Positions 1 to 13,610 of a stretch of DNA of 64,000 nt are shown piece after piece; positions within the stretch are counted from its first letter, which is position 1; each line of letters starts with the position of its first letter. The notes beneath the pieces were generated by a model, which saw only the letters and a list, made by a program, of their open reading frames with translations, searched no databases and was not told the origin of the DNA. Source of the DNA: Azolla caroliniana (taxonomy: Eukaryota; Plantae; Polypodiophyta); the NCBI GenBank assembly GCA_043228905.1, contig JBHGNT010000011.1, positions 17,112,001-17,176,000 on the forward strand, in the 5' to 3' direction. Both the position numbers and the translations under genes were made by a program.

Positions 1-171
1 ATACATATGCTAGTGACCCCTATTGTTAAGGGAATGACTATGTTGTTTATGTTTCTTCTTCACAAAATACCACACTGCTGCTTACTATGCAAGTTGACAC
101 TCTTAACATTGTAGAATTATCCATGGAGTAAGTTCTTTCCTGCCTGTATATTGCAGCAAGATCTACCGGTA

Positions 172-338
172 CAGGGATAATTGAATTACAAAGAGAATAA
201 TCAGCTATTATCAATCTGCAATGTTTGGAAAGAATTCATAGCTGATTATTCTCTTTGTAATTCAATGATCCCTATTATCAATCTGCAATGTTTGAAAAAA
301 CTTCACAGCTAATTATTCTCTTTGTAATTCAATGACCT
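172..338. repeat. Small inverted plus direct duplication in an RFWD3 intron
   Basis: 172-208 is the near reverse complement of 238-273. Segment ~206-272 is directly repeated at ~272-338. Confidence 0.75.
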
Positions 339-1140
339 CTGTAACGCAATCTGCAAGCATAGATATGCTATTGCATCTTTCAAGGATCTCAAGGTATTCA
401 TCATGTATAGTCCATTCCTATTAGGAGTAATTATTCATGTATGCAACACTGCACGTTAAGTTGCATCAATTTTTATGACAATGAGATATTAATTCTAAAT
501 GGTTACATCCCCATGATACAAACTCTCCTGGCTCACCATATACGTCACCCAAAATATATTGGTATTATACTACCTTCATCCTGTATGGATGGACGAGATT
601 CAATTAATAGTCTCTCATGCTAACTATAGGTTGTGTTGCTTCTCAAACCTTGTTCGGGCTTGTTGGTAGCTTCCAATCAATTCTTCTAACTTTTTCATTC
701 AGTTGTTTCACAGCTCACTTTTACAAAAATGTTTCTTCCCTTCGGGTTGGGGACATTTAAGATGTCTTAATTTTGAAAAGTGCTATTTCGGCAAAGCATA
801 GAGCTAGGATAAGATTAGATATATATCCAAAAATGGGAAGCAAAAAGAAAGGAGAAAAAAAAGACAGAGAAATCAATACGATCAGGATAATCTTTTGGGA
901 AGAAATTGAAGACACCTTTCAGGGGACATGAGACAATCCAACTCATCAAGACAAGTTATCACTAACTTTCCAATAGCTACAGCTCTACCCAGATCTCAAG
1001 GCCTCAATATGTTCACAGTATGTCTGTGTTCTACAACAATAATGTAAATGGTACTAGAGTTTTTTCATTAATGTTGAGGAAACATCAAAAAATAAACCTG
1101 AGGTGTAATGGCTCACCCAAGATCTCCTAGGAAAAGCTAA

Positions 1141-1366
1141 TACGTTGTACACCCACATTAATCTTCAGAGAATACAATTCAAACCCAAATTTCCAAAGAA
1201 TGATAAACTCACCTGTAGTTCAAAACAATGACCTTGTCGTGAAGTACTTAATCCTCATACGTTGTACACCCACATTAATCCTCAGAAAATACAATTCAAA
1301 CCCAAATTTCCAAAGAATGATAAACTCACCTGTAGTTCAAAACAATGACCTTGTCGTGAAGTACTT
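1141..1366. repeat. Tandem duplication (~109 bp copies) spanning an exon 3' end and its splice donor
   Basis: tacgttgtacaccc...gtcgtgaagtactt occurs at 1141-1249 and 1258-1366 with about 2 mismatches. Confidence 0.95.
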
Positions 1367-4300
1367 CTGTCAGTCTCACAAATGTACCCTTTCTGATGAG
1401 ACAATGCTGCTTCCATTGTTTGTTGTCTTTTATAGCCAATTTTATCAAAAGCTCCTCTATTGGATTGATAACCACTATACTTATTTCTTTGACCTGGCAT
1501 AGACAAGTCGATCGTGTTCCATCCTGTAACACCCAAAAATAATGAAAATACAATCCAAATGAACAAGGAGTAGATACCATGAAAAACAAAAATAAGAAGA
1601 CTGAATTTCTTATTTATGCCACTAGCTTGCTTTGAGTTCTAGGTAAAAGTAGGAAAATAATACCAGATTCCCTGACAGCATTGTAGGTATGTCTTTCCCT
1701 GTTAGTGAATCTAACAGGCTCATTTTGAGCTTCCCGACTCGCTAACAATCCCTGAAATTAAAGCATCATATAGCATAAGATATCGTAAAAATTGGATATT
1801 GTTGTAATTTCAAAGCAATCAAAGTCTAGTGAAAAATAATTTCAGGGTTCTATGCTGTCTGGATATACTGACATGCATCATTATCGCATTGGAATGTCAC
1901 ATTGTTATCTAAGGCATGCCTATGTTATCATTCATATGTGGTGATTGGGTTATATTGCATTCTTTTGGTGCTATTAAATAAATAAATTTGTGCAATTCAA
2001 ATAGGAACATCAGCACAATTCCTCAAACAACAAATTGAAGCTTCACAGATCAAGAAGTAATAGATGTGATTTTTGTATCAATTCCTTAAGCAAAATCAAG
2101 GGAATACACTTCATTTATTAAACATCATAGTTAAGAGTTTTACAATTCCTCAAACAACAAATTGAAGCTTCACAGATCAAGAAGTAATAGATGCGATTTT
2201 TGTATCATACAGTATGATTCTCACAATTAAATTAAATTTTGAAGGCATCTAAAGGCATAGTGAGGTTCTATTAATAGGTTAATTCCCATAACAACCAAAA
2301 CTCCATTTAATTATGATCAAGTGATAGTTGTTAATCATGGACTTGTTTATCTGAGAATTATTACAGAACACTGCAGACCTGTGACATGGACCAAACTTTG
2401 GTAATTTGTAAGTCTTGTGCTTCAAATGACAGCTAAAAATATTGGATAGTGGGAATCTTCGATTTCTGTGACCATTCATTGTGCCAGTTTAAAATTTTTG
2501 TTATTCTCCCTCATTTAATAAAGAATCTGACAATGTGATTAAATCCAAAGTATGAACCCATTCAATTGGTGCTAAATGATACCACAAACTTCTAAGATCA
2601 ATTATATCATATGTATAATGGATTCCACATGGGCTGCAAATCAAATCATAAATTGCAGAGGATAAAACAGACCAGTGTTATGGCTACAGCAATAGATTTC
2701 ACTATCAATAGTAATGTTTATAAAAGAATTCTTTGATTTAGAAAAACTGACTGCTCACAAGACCAAAAGCAAAAGAAGTTTTATTGGCAAGAACTCTTCT
2801 TGAAAGCTCTCAGATATAATCATTTAAATCAAATAATCTAGAGACACAATGTTGGCCAAGGCTAGTTTTTATATTTTTGAAATGTCAAAGGATAACCTTG
2901 ACATCAGAGCAATGCAAGACAAATATTGGAAATTTTCTCTTTTGCATTGTTTCAACTTTCATTTCTTCAGTTTTAAAGTTTAAGGCTTAATGTTTCTATT
3001 TGTCACTAACTACTTTTAAAAATAACAATTTTGAAAACCATTTCATTCAAAGTTCCTACACGAGCATCCAAAACTTTTTATTTCAATTATTTGGAGACAA
3101 GAATGGACCAGTCTTTATGAAAATCTGCAAACTATGAGGCTATTCAGACCCAAATCATGTTCACTTCATTAAAAAACTTGCTGAAATAAAAAATAAATCT
3201 CTCTGATGACAAAATAGAACGTTCTCCCAAAGTTTTCAATTATCACAAAACATGCAAGCATGAATCCTGGATCATGGTAAGAAAGCCCAAGTGGCATATA
3301 CCCTTTGTTGTTAGCACAATGTCCATTGTCAGCATCTTGAAATTGTCACTGAGCTCCAGTTTTTTCTACATCTACTCAACTAAAGCTTACACACATTCAT
3401 TACCTTGACCTACAAAGCAATACCCCAAAAGCTCTGACTCCATATCCTAGCTTTGTTTTGTATGCAAAAGGTCAAAGTGCAGAAGTTTCTCCTGGGAGCT
3501 CTATTAATTTAGTTGTTTTGATAGATTTTTAATTTAGTTTGTGTTACTACCTATATTTAAACAGTTATTTTTAGTTTGTGTTTCATATGTTTTTGCTCAG
3601 TTGTACTGCTGTTAAAACCGAGAACTTCCCCATCAAGGAGAAGATATGCTTCTTCTCAACGGCTAACTTTAGTAAAAGAGAGATAGGAGCGTGCTGCATA
3701 AAACCCTAAAACAGAAATAGACAGAAGGAAGAAAGAAAGAGGATGAAATTTTCAGTTTAAATTGATCCCTGCAAACCACGTTAGTTTGTTTAACTTAAAC
3801 ACTAAAGCTACTTACTATCATCGAAAAATAATTGCTGATATAAAAACCATAGCATTGATTATTTGTCAAAACATCTAACCTGCAGACGTTGGAATTCTTT
3901 GCTGAGTTTATCATTCTGTCCAATGATAAACAAAAAAAAAATGGACATCAGTACTCACAGATTTACAACCACCATATGTTTTAAATCCATTTCCAAGATA
4001 TACCTGAGCAACCAGTTCTTCATTTCTCCTCCTCAATACATTAAGATCCTAAATTTGCAACAACAAAGAAATCCAACAATTGAGTGTATGGAAGAAAATA
4101 ATCAATCAGAAATATAATTGAATACCTCATGGAGCTGCTGATCCACAACAATGAGAGAAGGTACATATAAATTACGAATATCCTCAATTCTTGCCTTTCG
4201 ATTGCAATGTGGACACTGAAGAGAAGTAAAAACACATACATACCAGAATTGAACAATCCCCAATTTACAGTTTCAACAGACAGTATCACTCTGTATAATG

Positions 4301-7300
4301 GCAAATAAAACAGAAAAATAGTATTAGGACCATTTACCTTACTGTTCTTCTTTCCTGATTCCTTAAGCCATCGCCTAATGCATGACCTTCCAAACAGATG
4401 ACCACAAGCCAAGCAGCTGCCACCACACAGTAGAGACAGTTGTTAGACTTTTTAATCATTTCCAAGTCAATATTACAAAATGGAAATTAGACAAAAATAC
4501 AAACTGAACAGCATCAGATTTACTGGAAGAGGAATGTATATAACAACTCTTGAGAACAAATATATGTGACTTCTCAAATAAGTCAATGAATCAGGAAACA
4601 TGTGGTGTCCTTTGAATTTATATTGTGTTGTTATGACTGTATGTGTGTAGTCAATAATATTAACCAAAATTAACAACATGAGTGACAAGGTAATATATAT
4701 GTATATACCCCACCTAAACAAGATATATCACATTATCAAGCTAAAAAACATATAAAGAATGCATATAACTTTGCAACTTGGAGCAGTATACCTAGAAACT
4801 CTGGCAATATGGAGAGATTTGAGTATCATGGATGTAGAAATTAAGAACAATGATGGAACATATCTGGCACAGTAAAAATATTATTTCGATGTACAAAGAC
4901 ATATTAGAGACCGTCACAAGAGATGGCAACAAGACAGTATATATAAAAATATAAAATAAAAATTTTAATTAATTATCAAAACATATTTATGTTAGTAACG
5001 ACTCATTTACAGCAAATTAACATTATCCAGCATAATATACAGATAGTAAAACATGGAATAGGTGCAAAGTATAACTGTACATTGCACATTGCACATTGAC
5101 TAGTCATTCAAAAGGATAAAATAGAAAGTTGAAACTAAAACTCAAAATAGTGTCAGTAGGTTATTAAATGGTCATGTCAGCAACAATCTTAACAGCAAAA
5201 AATGAAGTATGTGGATATAACGAAATGGACCGCACGATATTCAACGGCAGTAATTAACATCTTTGGTCATTTAGATTTTCCCCATCTTATATTCCTTAAA
5301 GGTATACTTGTGAAGAGAGCAAGAATTCAGAACGTTCGACACAATACAACAGTTGGTATCAAAGCTCAGCAATTTATAAATATTTCTTTATTATTCCAAC
5401 TAAAATCAAAGGTTACAAGAAGAAGGGTGTGCCAGCACACAAATCCAGCAGACATGCATTGCTGCTGGAAACTTTAATGTAAAAATCATGAAGATTCTTC
5501 GAATAATTTCAGCAAATCATCGTTATGTTTTTGCAGACAAACTATCAGGAGTAAGCAAACCATAAACTTGCTGCTGAAAATCACCAGTTTCAGAAACCCT
5601 ATTTCTGATCAGACAACAGAGACCAGACATTTCATTTCTATGATCTAGAATGAGAAACGTCATAGAGTTAGCAGACTCTTCATAAGACCTTTTACTCCGT
5701 CGCAAACATTTCCAATCAAGGCCCTAAACCCCATAGGCCAGAACCACCAAAATAGCCGTTTCTCAAGCATGAGTGTCAAAGTTTTACTGTTTTTCATATA
5801 ATTCACAATTATTAAGGTCCACATTCAAATTCAACCATATCATCTAAGGGTGATAGACATCACTTCCAACACTTAAGTATGTGAGTTAGATCAAGGCCCT
5901 AAGGCAAATTACCATGCTAAAGATATATTAGTTTATAATACATCCATTTTTCCACCCCTTCTGCTCATCCTAATTCTTCGCTGATTTAAATTATTCACAA
6001 AATATCAGAGATTCCACTTGACAATTGATCCTGAATTCTTACCTATCTGCATTTGCAATTATTGGGCCGGTTGAAACAGCTGTCACACTTCCCAGATTCA
6101 CAAAATAGAGATTCAGAAAACAGCATTTCTGTGCCACATTCTCTCCATTTCCTGCTAGCTACAGTTTTATTTGTATATTGTATGTTTTTTATTTCCTGTT
6201 TTTGTTAACAACAGTATCAGTTGCAACATTTTCTTGAGCGTAAAACCATCCTGTTGATGGAACTCTCGGGGTAGTGAAATCAAATGATCCTAAAATCTAG
6301 CAGTATGCATCATAGACAACGAGCGCACAAGTTTTCAAGATTGTTGCTGAACCTAATCCTGATAAAGACAATTCAAGTAATGTATCCTTGTAGATACATG
6401 CCATCTTTAAACTTATTATTTAAGTTCTCTTATTATTTAATCTTGAGCACATACATTATGCTTCTACTTCAGTATAATCATTTTGACTGTATGAATGCTA
6501 AAGTACAACAGTGTCAATTATGTTCTAACATATTTTCTAAATGTATAGTGTACCACAACTCATTCTTTTCTGGTTTTTAATAAAACGGTACTTTATAATA
6601 GTAGCTGTAAGAAAAAACAACCAGAATTCACAAATTCTCATAGTTGTACAAAAATCCGTTTACATGAGTTCCATGGATGTATTGTCTCAGTCAATACTGA
6701 GGGCAGTTTTACGAAACAGATCACTGGCTGGCAGCAAGTGTACCACCAAACATTCTTTTCAAGAGACCAATGAAGCAAGGAAAACTTGCACTCTTTCATC
6801 TGCTGCCATTGACCAACAAGCAAAAGCATCTCACTTTCTCAAGGTGTGGATTCGCGCACTCTGTACATTGGCTAAAGTCACCAAGGTGGGATGAGTCTTG
6901 CCACCTAGAATTTGAGCATTAATTCCTCACAATGCACCAACAATTAATACCAACAATTATATAAAAGATAGTCTATTATAGCCATCAGCCTCCTTAAATG
7001 GCAATATATATAATTTAGTAACTGATGGTGGTGAGCCAAAAGACAGGATTCTATGAAAACCCCCAGGGTAAATGTACACCCAGTTTATGATGTAACCAAA
7101 GAACTGCTCCCCAAAAGATGCCAAAACAATATCCTAGAATATAAGCATATCACAAATCATGGGCATATGAACAGGGCTTTAGGTAATTAACCAGTGATTC
7201 CAGCACAAGATCCTCCCACATAGCACAAGGGAGATCCTGTTCATGACCCGCTCTAGCTTCTGTACCCAGTGTATCAGGGATTAACCAAGCCTGCATGCAC

Positions 7301-8803
7301 AGTTTGCCACTGGATATAAGGATCCAGCTTGGTATATCCCTTATATAGTGGGTACCATGTCTGTCCAAAAACGAGTGAGCAAGGCATGATTATCCCAGCA
7401 TGCAACCAGTGGCATAACTGCAAGAGAATGGCATCCAGCTGTCGAATCAAATTTTGTCTGGAAATAAATTGAATCAAATTTCTTCTGGAAATCAATATGG
7501 AATAGGAGAAGAAAGATCCCTGGCATCATGAAGTGCGGGAAATTCCTTAAATGTTTTCAAAATTTTACAACCTTGAAAATAAAACAAGTTCAAAAAATGG
7601 CCATGTACTTCAACATATCCTATGATAAGCATATGTAGCCACCATGAAATAACTTCACAAACTCAAGATGAACATATTAAGGAGTCGGATGTGTCTTAAA
7701 TTCTTTTCTTTCATAAAAGCAATCGATCTCCTTCCATGTTTCCTAAAAATTAATGCCTGGTAGACACACTGTAAAGTTGTAGAAAACAAGGACTAACTCA
7801 ATGAGCATCATAGTAACATACATCATTTAAAATTTATGATCATGATATCTATGCATGCTAGATTTACTCCAACATTCCAGAAAAGAAGAACAAATACAAA
7901 AAGAGACAAAATAATTTACCATATCCTATGTGAACCCTCTGACGTCCATGATTCCATGCATATTGGGCAGGTCATGGAGTCGGTACTTTCCATGGAGTCT
8001 TTTTCTCTAGATGCACGTGGAGACTTTCCTGGATCAGCAGGCTCTTGGTAGTCAGTATCCTCAATATTAATGACCACCTGCTGTACTGAGGAGGAAATGA
8101 CAGCTTCATTCACTGCTTCCAATTGACCTGTTGAAACCTGAACTTGTTCTTCTCTTATTGAAGCAGAAGTTGTTTGCAAAATGCCATTTATTTCTGAAAT
8201 TCCTAGATCTCTTGCACCATAGCTATAATCTAACGTGACACCAGTCTGTTCCGTTACAGAATCCTCTCTGATGGTAGGGTCTGCAGATACTGAAGCAGAA
8301 ATTTCTTGAGAAACAATGTTTCTTTCTGAAACATCTAGATCTCTTGCACCATGGCTAGAGTTTGCTAACGTCTGAACCGATTCTCCTCGAGCTGAGTCAG
8401 AATCTACTTGCAAAATAACGTTTCTTTCTGATGCTGATGGACCGTAGCTGCGATTTCGGACGTTAGTTAACTGTTCGATAACCAAATCCTCCCTGATGTT
8501 CGGGTTTGTTGAGGTTTCATGCAAAATACCGTTTCTTTCTGGGACGGGTAGATCTCTTGCACCATAGCTAGTATCTACTGAGTCAATTACATGTTCCGAT
8601 GCTCTGATGCCAGGGTTTCTGTCCACTTCGCCAGTGACTGGTCCGTTTGAAGAAGGAAAAGGAATCATGGATGCAGGTTCGGCAGCATGAAGGAGGTGAT
8701 GGTGAATATGAAACGAGGATTGGAATCCATGGGAGGAAGAGGGAGCCGAAGACTGTGGGACCTCGACCTTCATTCGTTTCTGCGAGCTCGGCCCTTCCGC
8801 CAT
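1330..8803 (-). CDS. RFWD3: RFWD3-like RING E3 ubiquitin ligase, 5' part; exons 8803-7920, 4416-4338, 4215-4126, 4048-4004, 3915-3880, 1751-1664, 1523-1330; expected WD40 exons lie left of the window
   Basis: All introns are GT-AG and the phases are consistent. The spliced product reads [34 protein letters not shown]...CPHCNRKARIEDIRNLY (RING domain of the RFWD3 type), then a coiled-coil (DLNVLRRRNEELVAQNDKLSKEFQRLQ), then ...GHCFELQ. No WD40 sequence is visible in the window. Confidence 0.85.
2015..2207. repeat. 66-bp direct duplication in an intron
   Basis: acaattcctcaaacaac...tttttgtatca occurs at ~2015-2080 and ~2142-2207 with one mismatch. Confidence 0.9.
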
Positions 8804-8995
8804 GGCAGCTTCTCTCAGAGGGGGGGGGTGGGGGGCAGGCGCGCGAAAAAGATTTAATTGTAAACTGAGATAAAATCTTTAATTGTAAGGTTTTTCCTAA
8901 ATTACCAAACTACCCCTCACCCCCTTTCTCTATGAATACACGTATGTTATATTATGTTATGTTCTGTTATAAGTTATGTTATGTATGTATGGCTC

Positions 8996-11900
8996 GTGAC
9001 TAACTACTACCAAAAATTAAAGAGGGCAAGTGAGGGAATCGCGGGCGCGGACGGTGCAGGTCGCTCAGCTGATGGCGCGTGCAATCTCCACCGTCCAATC
9101 TGGATAAAAAGCTGACAACATATGTCACCAGGAGCCCGACTCTGTCATAAGGAGCCCCGTTGTCTAACAACCTCTGTCACCAGGAGCCTGACTCTGTCAA
9201 AAGGAGCCCCGCTGTCTGACAGCCTCTGTCACTAGGAGCCCGACTCTCAAAAAAGTAAAGTAATAAAGAATAATATAGCAATATAATAGAATAAAAATGA
9301 ATAGGGTATTGATTAGAGCTATCCTTGAGTTTTGCTAGGTTTATGGTTCAAATCCTTCTTCTTTTTAATCTTTCTCTTTGGTTTTTTTTTCTTCTTCAAT
9401 TACTTTCTTTATTAGGGTTTCAACATTTGGTTAGTCACTTTACACTTCATTTACATTTAAGGGTCATGATAGTGGTATTGAATTCTCGTCTTTACTAGTT
9501 ACAACGTGATGAATTCTTGTCTTTTGCAATTGTAGATCTTTTACCCTATGATCCTTCTAATCTGCATCTTGCCCTTAACACTTTTGTTTAAGTAAAATTA
9601 GCTCTTACCATTTGGGCTATGTTGATTGTCACTTTAATATGCAACTCACTCATGTTCCAAGTTAAGTTAACTCTCGTAATTTGGGCTTTTTCTTGATTCT
9701 TTGACTTTATACCATGGAATACTCTACCTATGGATCATGAGCCAAAACAAGAAGAAATGACACATTCACATTTTCAAACTCACTCATTCACTCTATTCAC
9801 AATAGTATGCAACTCACTCATATTCCATGTAAAGTTAGCTTTCATAATTTGGGCATTTTCTTGGTTCTTTGACTTTCTACCATGGAATACTACTACCTAT
9901 GGATCATCAATCAACACAAGAAAAAATGACACAATAATACATTCACATTTTCAAACTTGTAGGAAGCATTGGACACCACTTGGAATTTCCAAGGTTAAAT
10001 AGACATAGCAAACAACTACTAAAGAGTACAAAAAACTGTGGCACTTATAACATTTCAATTCCACATGAAAGATTCCCTATTAGGGTGTAAAAATAAATTT
10101 CCATACATACATCCCTCTAGAGTACCAGTATCAATATAATACTACCCAATTTTGAATATATACAAGGTATGCATAGAAAACCTTGTGGATGGTGAATATC
10201 ATTCTCACATGCTCATCGGATGCAATAAGTATGATGTCGTACTAGAGAAGCATGATACTCAAATCCCACCAAGAAGGATGAGCATATAAGCACATTAATT
10301 ACCTTCACACAAATTTTAACTACAAAATAGCAAACCCCCTTCACAAGGGATCACATATATGATGACGTGTTTAATTGCTAAATGGAAAATAAGAATAGAT
10401 TCTATTATACTCCATTCTCAACTACAATATCTCATGATAATAGGACAAGTTTAGCATGTATTGAACTCATATATTAGTATTCTTGTAGGATTGTCTATAA
10501 GATTGAATTGTGACCCTTTTTTAGCATTGAACAAAAAATCCTTGGTTTAACACACCCAAGATCCATATAGTAAATCAATGGGTATTCATATAAGAACATT
10601 GAGATATTACCATGATGGCCTTTTCAGTGCAGCTACATGTATAACATAACAAAGTTGTGATTTATGTTCGCTTCACAAAGAAATATAACAATGTGAGAAA
10701 AAATGAGCAAAAAGGTGTCATATAAAGATGCCCCAATATGTAGTTTTAGTTCATAGATACAAACTTGTGTAAAAAACATATACACAAAACATAATGATTT
10801 TTGAGGATTTCAAACAGAATTTTCAACATTAACCCTAATTTGAAACTTGAAACTTAATGTCATTGGAGATCTAGTGACATTTTCTATGCATAGAGATTGA
10901 TAACTTGTGAGACTATATTAACAATATGTATCATGGACTAAGTCTAATAAAGTGATAATCAAATAGAAGGCTTAATCCGACATCTCAAATTCCTCAAGAT
11001 CTTACTCAATTTAATGTTTAATAAAGGCAAATATATGAAGGCACAAGTTATTGGACTTTCCTATCAAAGAACACCAAACAGAGAACTATAAAACAAATAT
11101 GACTCCACATTGAGTCAGATACAACCAAAATGAGATTCAAATATTGATTTTGATATTACAAAATCCATATACATCATCATCAGTTTTGGTTATACAAAAG
11201 TAGATCATCACCCTCAGAGTAGATCATAAGTAAATCCATTGGCATAAGAGTGTATCATAAGTAAATCCATTGCATTACTCATGTTGTCAATTACTCATAT
11301 CCTCTAAACAAAATCCATTGCATACAAAAACCGAAAAATCAAAACTTCATCCTCTGGACAGAATCAAAACTCATCAGCATGTATACAAACAATTTCATAT
11401 AAACAAGCTTTACATCCATGTTACAAATAAGAGGCAAGAAGAAGATACACAAGACGTATAGATGCCATATTACAAAATCAACCATTTACAACATGCCACT
11501 ATCATTCAAGTTGCCTTGGTTACAATATGCAAAAAAGGTTGGCAGCCTTGGTTCCAATGTACTAAAAAGATTTACAACATTGTTACAAAAATTTGATACA
11601 AAAAAGCTTGATAATACACCGATATCATATATTTTATGTTACGAAGTATAACATTTCCTTCGGTTAATATATAATGGGAAAGCCCAAAATCCGGCGTGCC
11701 CATTTTGCCAACGTTTTCGAAGGAGCTCCACATCTTCGAATCTGAACCATTGCTCCTTACCCTACACCAATGCACACATTTGTTGCAGCTCTTACAATAA
11801 CAAATGCCATTATTCAATACTTGGGCCATACTTACAAAATCTATTGAATCGGATCCAAATCACCCAATGTCTTCAAACTGACCGTCTGTGGATTATTCAT

Positions 11901-12633
11901 CGAGTCACAATAGACTATTGGGCTCCTCCTCAACATTTCTTCATATTGATGCTGAAATTATAACAATGCATTTATATGATACATTTGAAAAATGGAACAA
12001 CTAAGTCTCTCACCATGTTAGAATATGGAACCATGTGATCAAATGTAAATGAAAAGAAACCCTAAACGATGTAAAACATAAAAGTAACCATGAAAATACA
12101 TACCTATTATTGCCTTCATTTTGCAAATCGAATGTAGGTGGTTGGGAAGTGCTCGCTGGCGGAAAGTGGTGCTCCTCTCGGATTCTAGCAGAAAGTGTTG
12201 TGCCTCTTTGATTTTGGTGGAAAGTGGTGCTCCTCTCTAATTCTTCCCTCCAAATACCCTAAACTCTCTTTTCAAAATAGGTTCAAAATGAGTGATTCAG
12301 GGTTTTTATAATCAGTGCTCATTAATAATGAGCGGGGCTCCTTTTGACAGAGTCAGGCTCCTGGTGATAGAGGTTGTCAGGCAACGGGGCTCCCTTTGAC
12401 AGAGTCGGGCTCCTAGTTACAAAGGTTGTCAGACAACGGGGCTCCTAGTCGGGCTCTTGATTGGTAAGCGGGGCTCCTAGTCGGGCTCCCCAATAAGTGA
12501 CGATTTCTTCGCGCGTTTTTTTTTCCCACATCAGACGGTGCAAATCGCATGTGCCCTCGACTGAGCGACCTGCACCGTTCCTCTCCGTGATTCCCTCACT
12601 TGCCCTCTTCAATTTTTGGTGGTATTTAGACAC
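8996..12633. mobile_element. Non-autonomous long-TIR DNA transposon (Mutator-like)
   Basis: ~8996-9110 is the reverse complement of ~12520-12633 (CAAAAATTRAAGAGGGCAAGTGAGGGAATC...ACGGTGCAGGTCGCTCAG). Mirrored GGAGCCC(G/C)ACTCTGTCA subterminal arrays lie at 9130-9247 and 12335-12490. The TSD is ambiguous because both flanks are (TATG)n. No intact transposase is visible. Confidence 0.75.
9639..9957. repeat. Two diverged tandem copies (~168 bp period) inside the TIR element
   Basis: atgcaactcactcat...cattcacattttcaaact occurs at ~9639-9780 and ~9807-9957. Confidence 0.75.
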
Positions 12634-12692
12634 CACGATATGTATGTGGTTGTATGTATTTACATGTATATGTGTATGTATTATGGATGGAT

Positions 12693-12695
<3 letters not shown>

Positions 12696-12731
<36 letters not shown>
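12696..12731. repeat. (GT)n microsatellite
   Basis: Direct reading of the sequence. Confidence 0.95.
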
Positions 12732-12733
<2 letters not shown>

Positions 12734-13610
12734 GAATCAATGTGACACTACGAGAACCGCCTAATAAGGTAACCAACCACCACCTTACACAATGGGAACG
12801 GTAAATCTCTAGCTCTTTTGCCCACTGAATGGGCAACAAAAGAAAATATATTTGTTAATGATGCTCTAATATGATAGCATATTATGTGATGTAGGATAAT
12901 TGTGGGACGCGAATATTAGGAGGACAAGAACATAGGGGAACTAGGCACTTAGGAGCGATTAACACATGGGATTAGACTTCATACACTTGGTTAATGCAAG
13001 TACATGAGATCAATATCAAAATAAACTCATATTAAGATCTAGATTCATGATTATACGAGAAATCCCCTTTATAATGTAGGGTTTACAAATATACATTGTG
13101 AATAAGCACAATGGTGGTAATTGTTGAGAAGCAAGATCAACAAAGGTATGTGGTGCTTATTGACTAATAAGCTATAGTAGCTATTAGCTAATTAACTACT
13201 AGTGGACATAAAGGTGAAATAGCTATTTAGCTACTAACAACTATTTAGCTGCATATGTAAGTGACTTATAAACTTAGGAAAAAGTAAGTGTAGTAAGTAG
13301 TAAGAGAGTAGTTGTAAGAACATAAAACAGACGAGAGTGAGTTGAGCTCTGTGTGTAATGGAATAGAAGCTTTTGTTTTGCTACAGAGAGGTAAGTCTCC
13401 TTCCCCTTCCTTTCTGTCTTGAGCACTAAACGATCCAGCACATCACGATCCGTTGTGCACAAAGAAGAGTCGGAGCGCCTTCGTAACATGGTATCAGAGC
13501 AGAGTTGCTCGTAAAGAAGATTAGAGCAATACAGATCTGAGAAGTTTGGTTCTAGTTGCTGATCTGAACCAGAGAGTTGTCTTTGAAGTTAATCATAACA
13601 AAAGCCCTAA

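Noticed and set aside
6620-7500. Short ORFs in RFWD3 intron 1 as extra exons or a nested gene
   Set aside because: Exons 1 and 2 already join in frame within the RING domain. The sequence looks like decayed LINE remnants and cannot be assigned.
9130-9247. CRISPR-like array
   Set aside because: Eukaryotic context, no unique spacers, and mirrored at 12335-12490 as transposon subterminal repeats.
12746-12760. CACTA transposon terminus (CACTACGAGAA)
   Set aside because: No matching inverted end with a 3-bp TSD was found.
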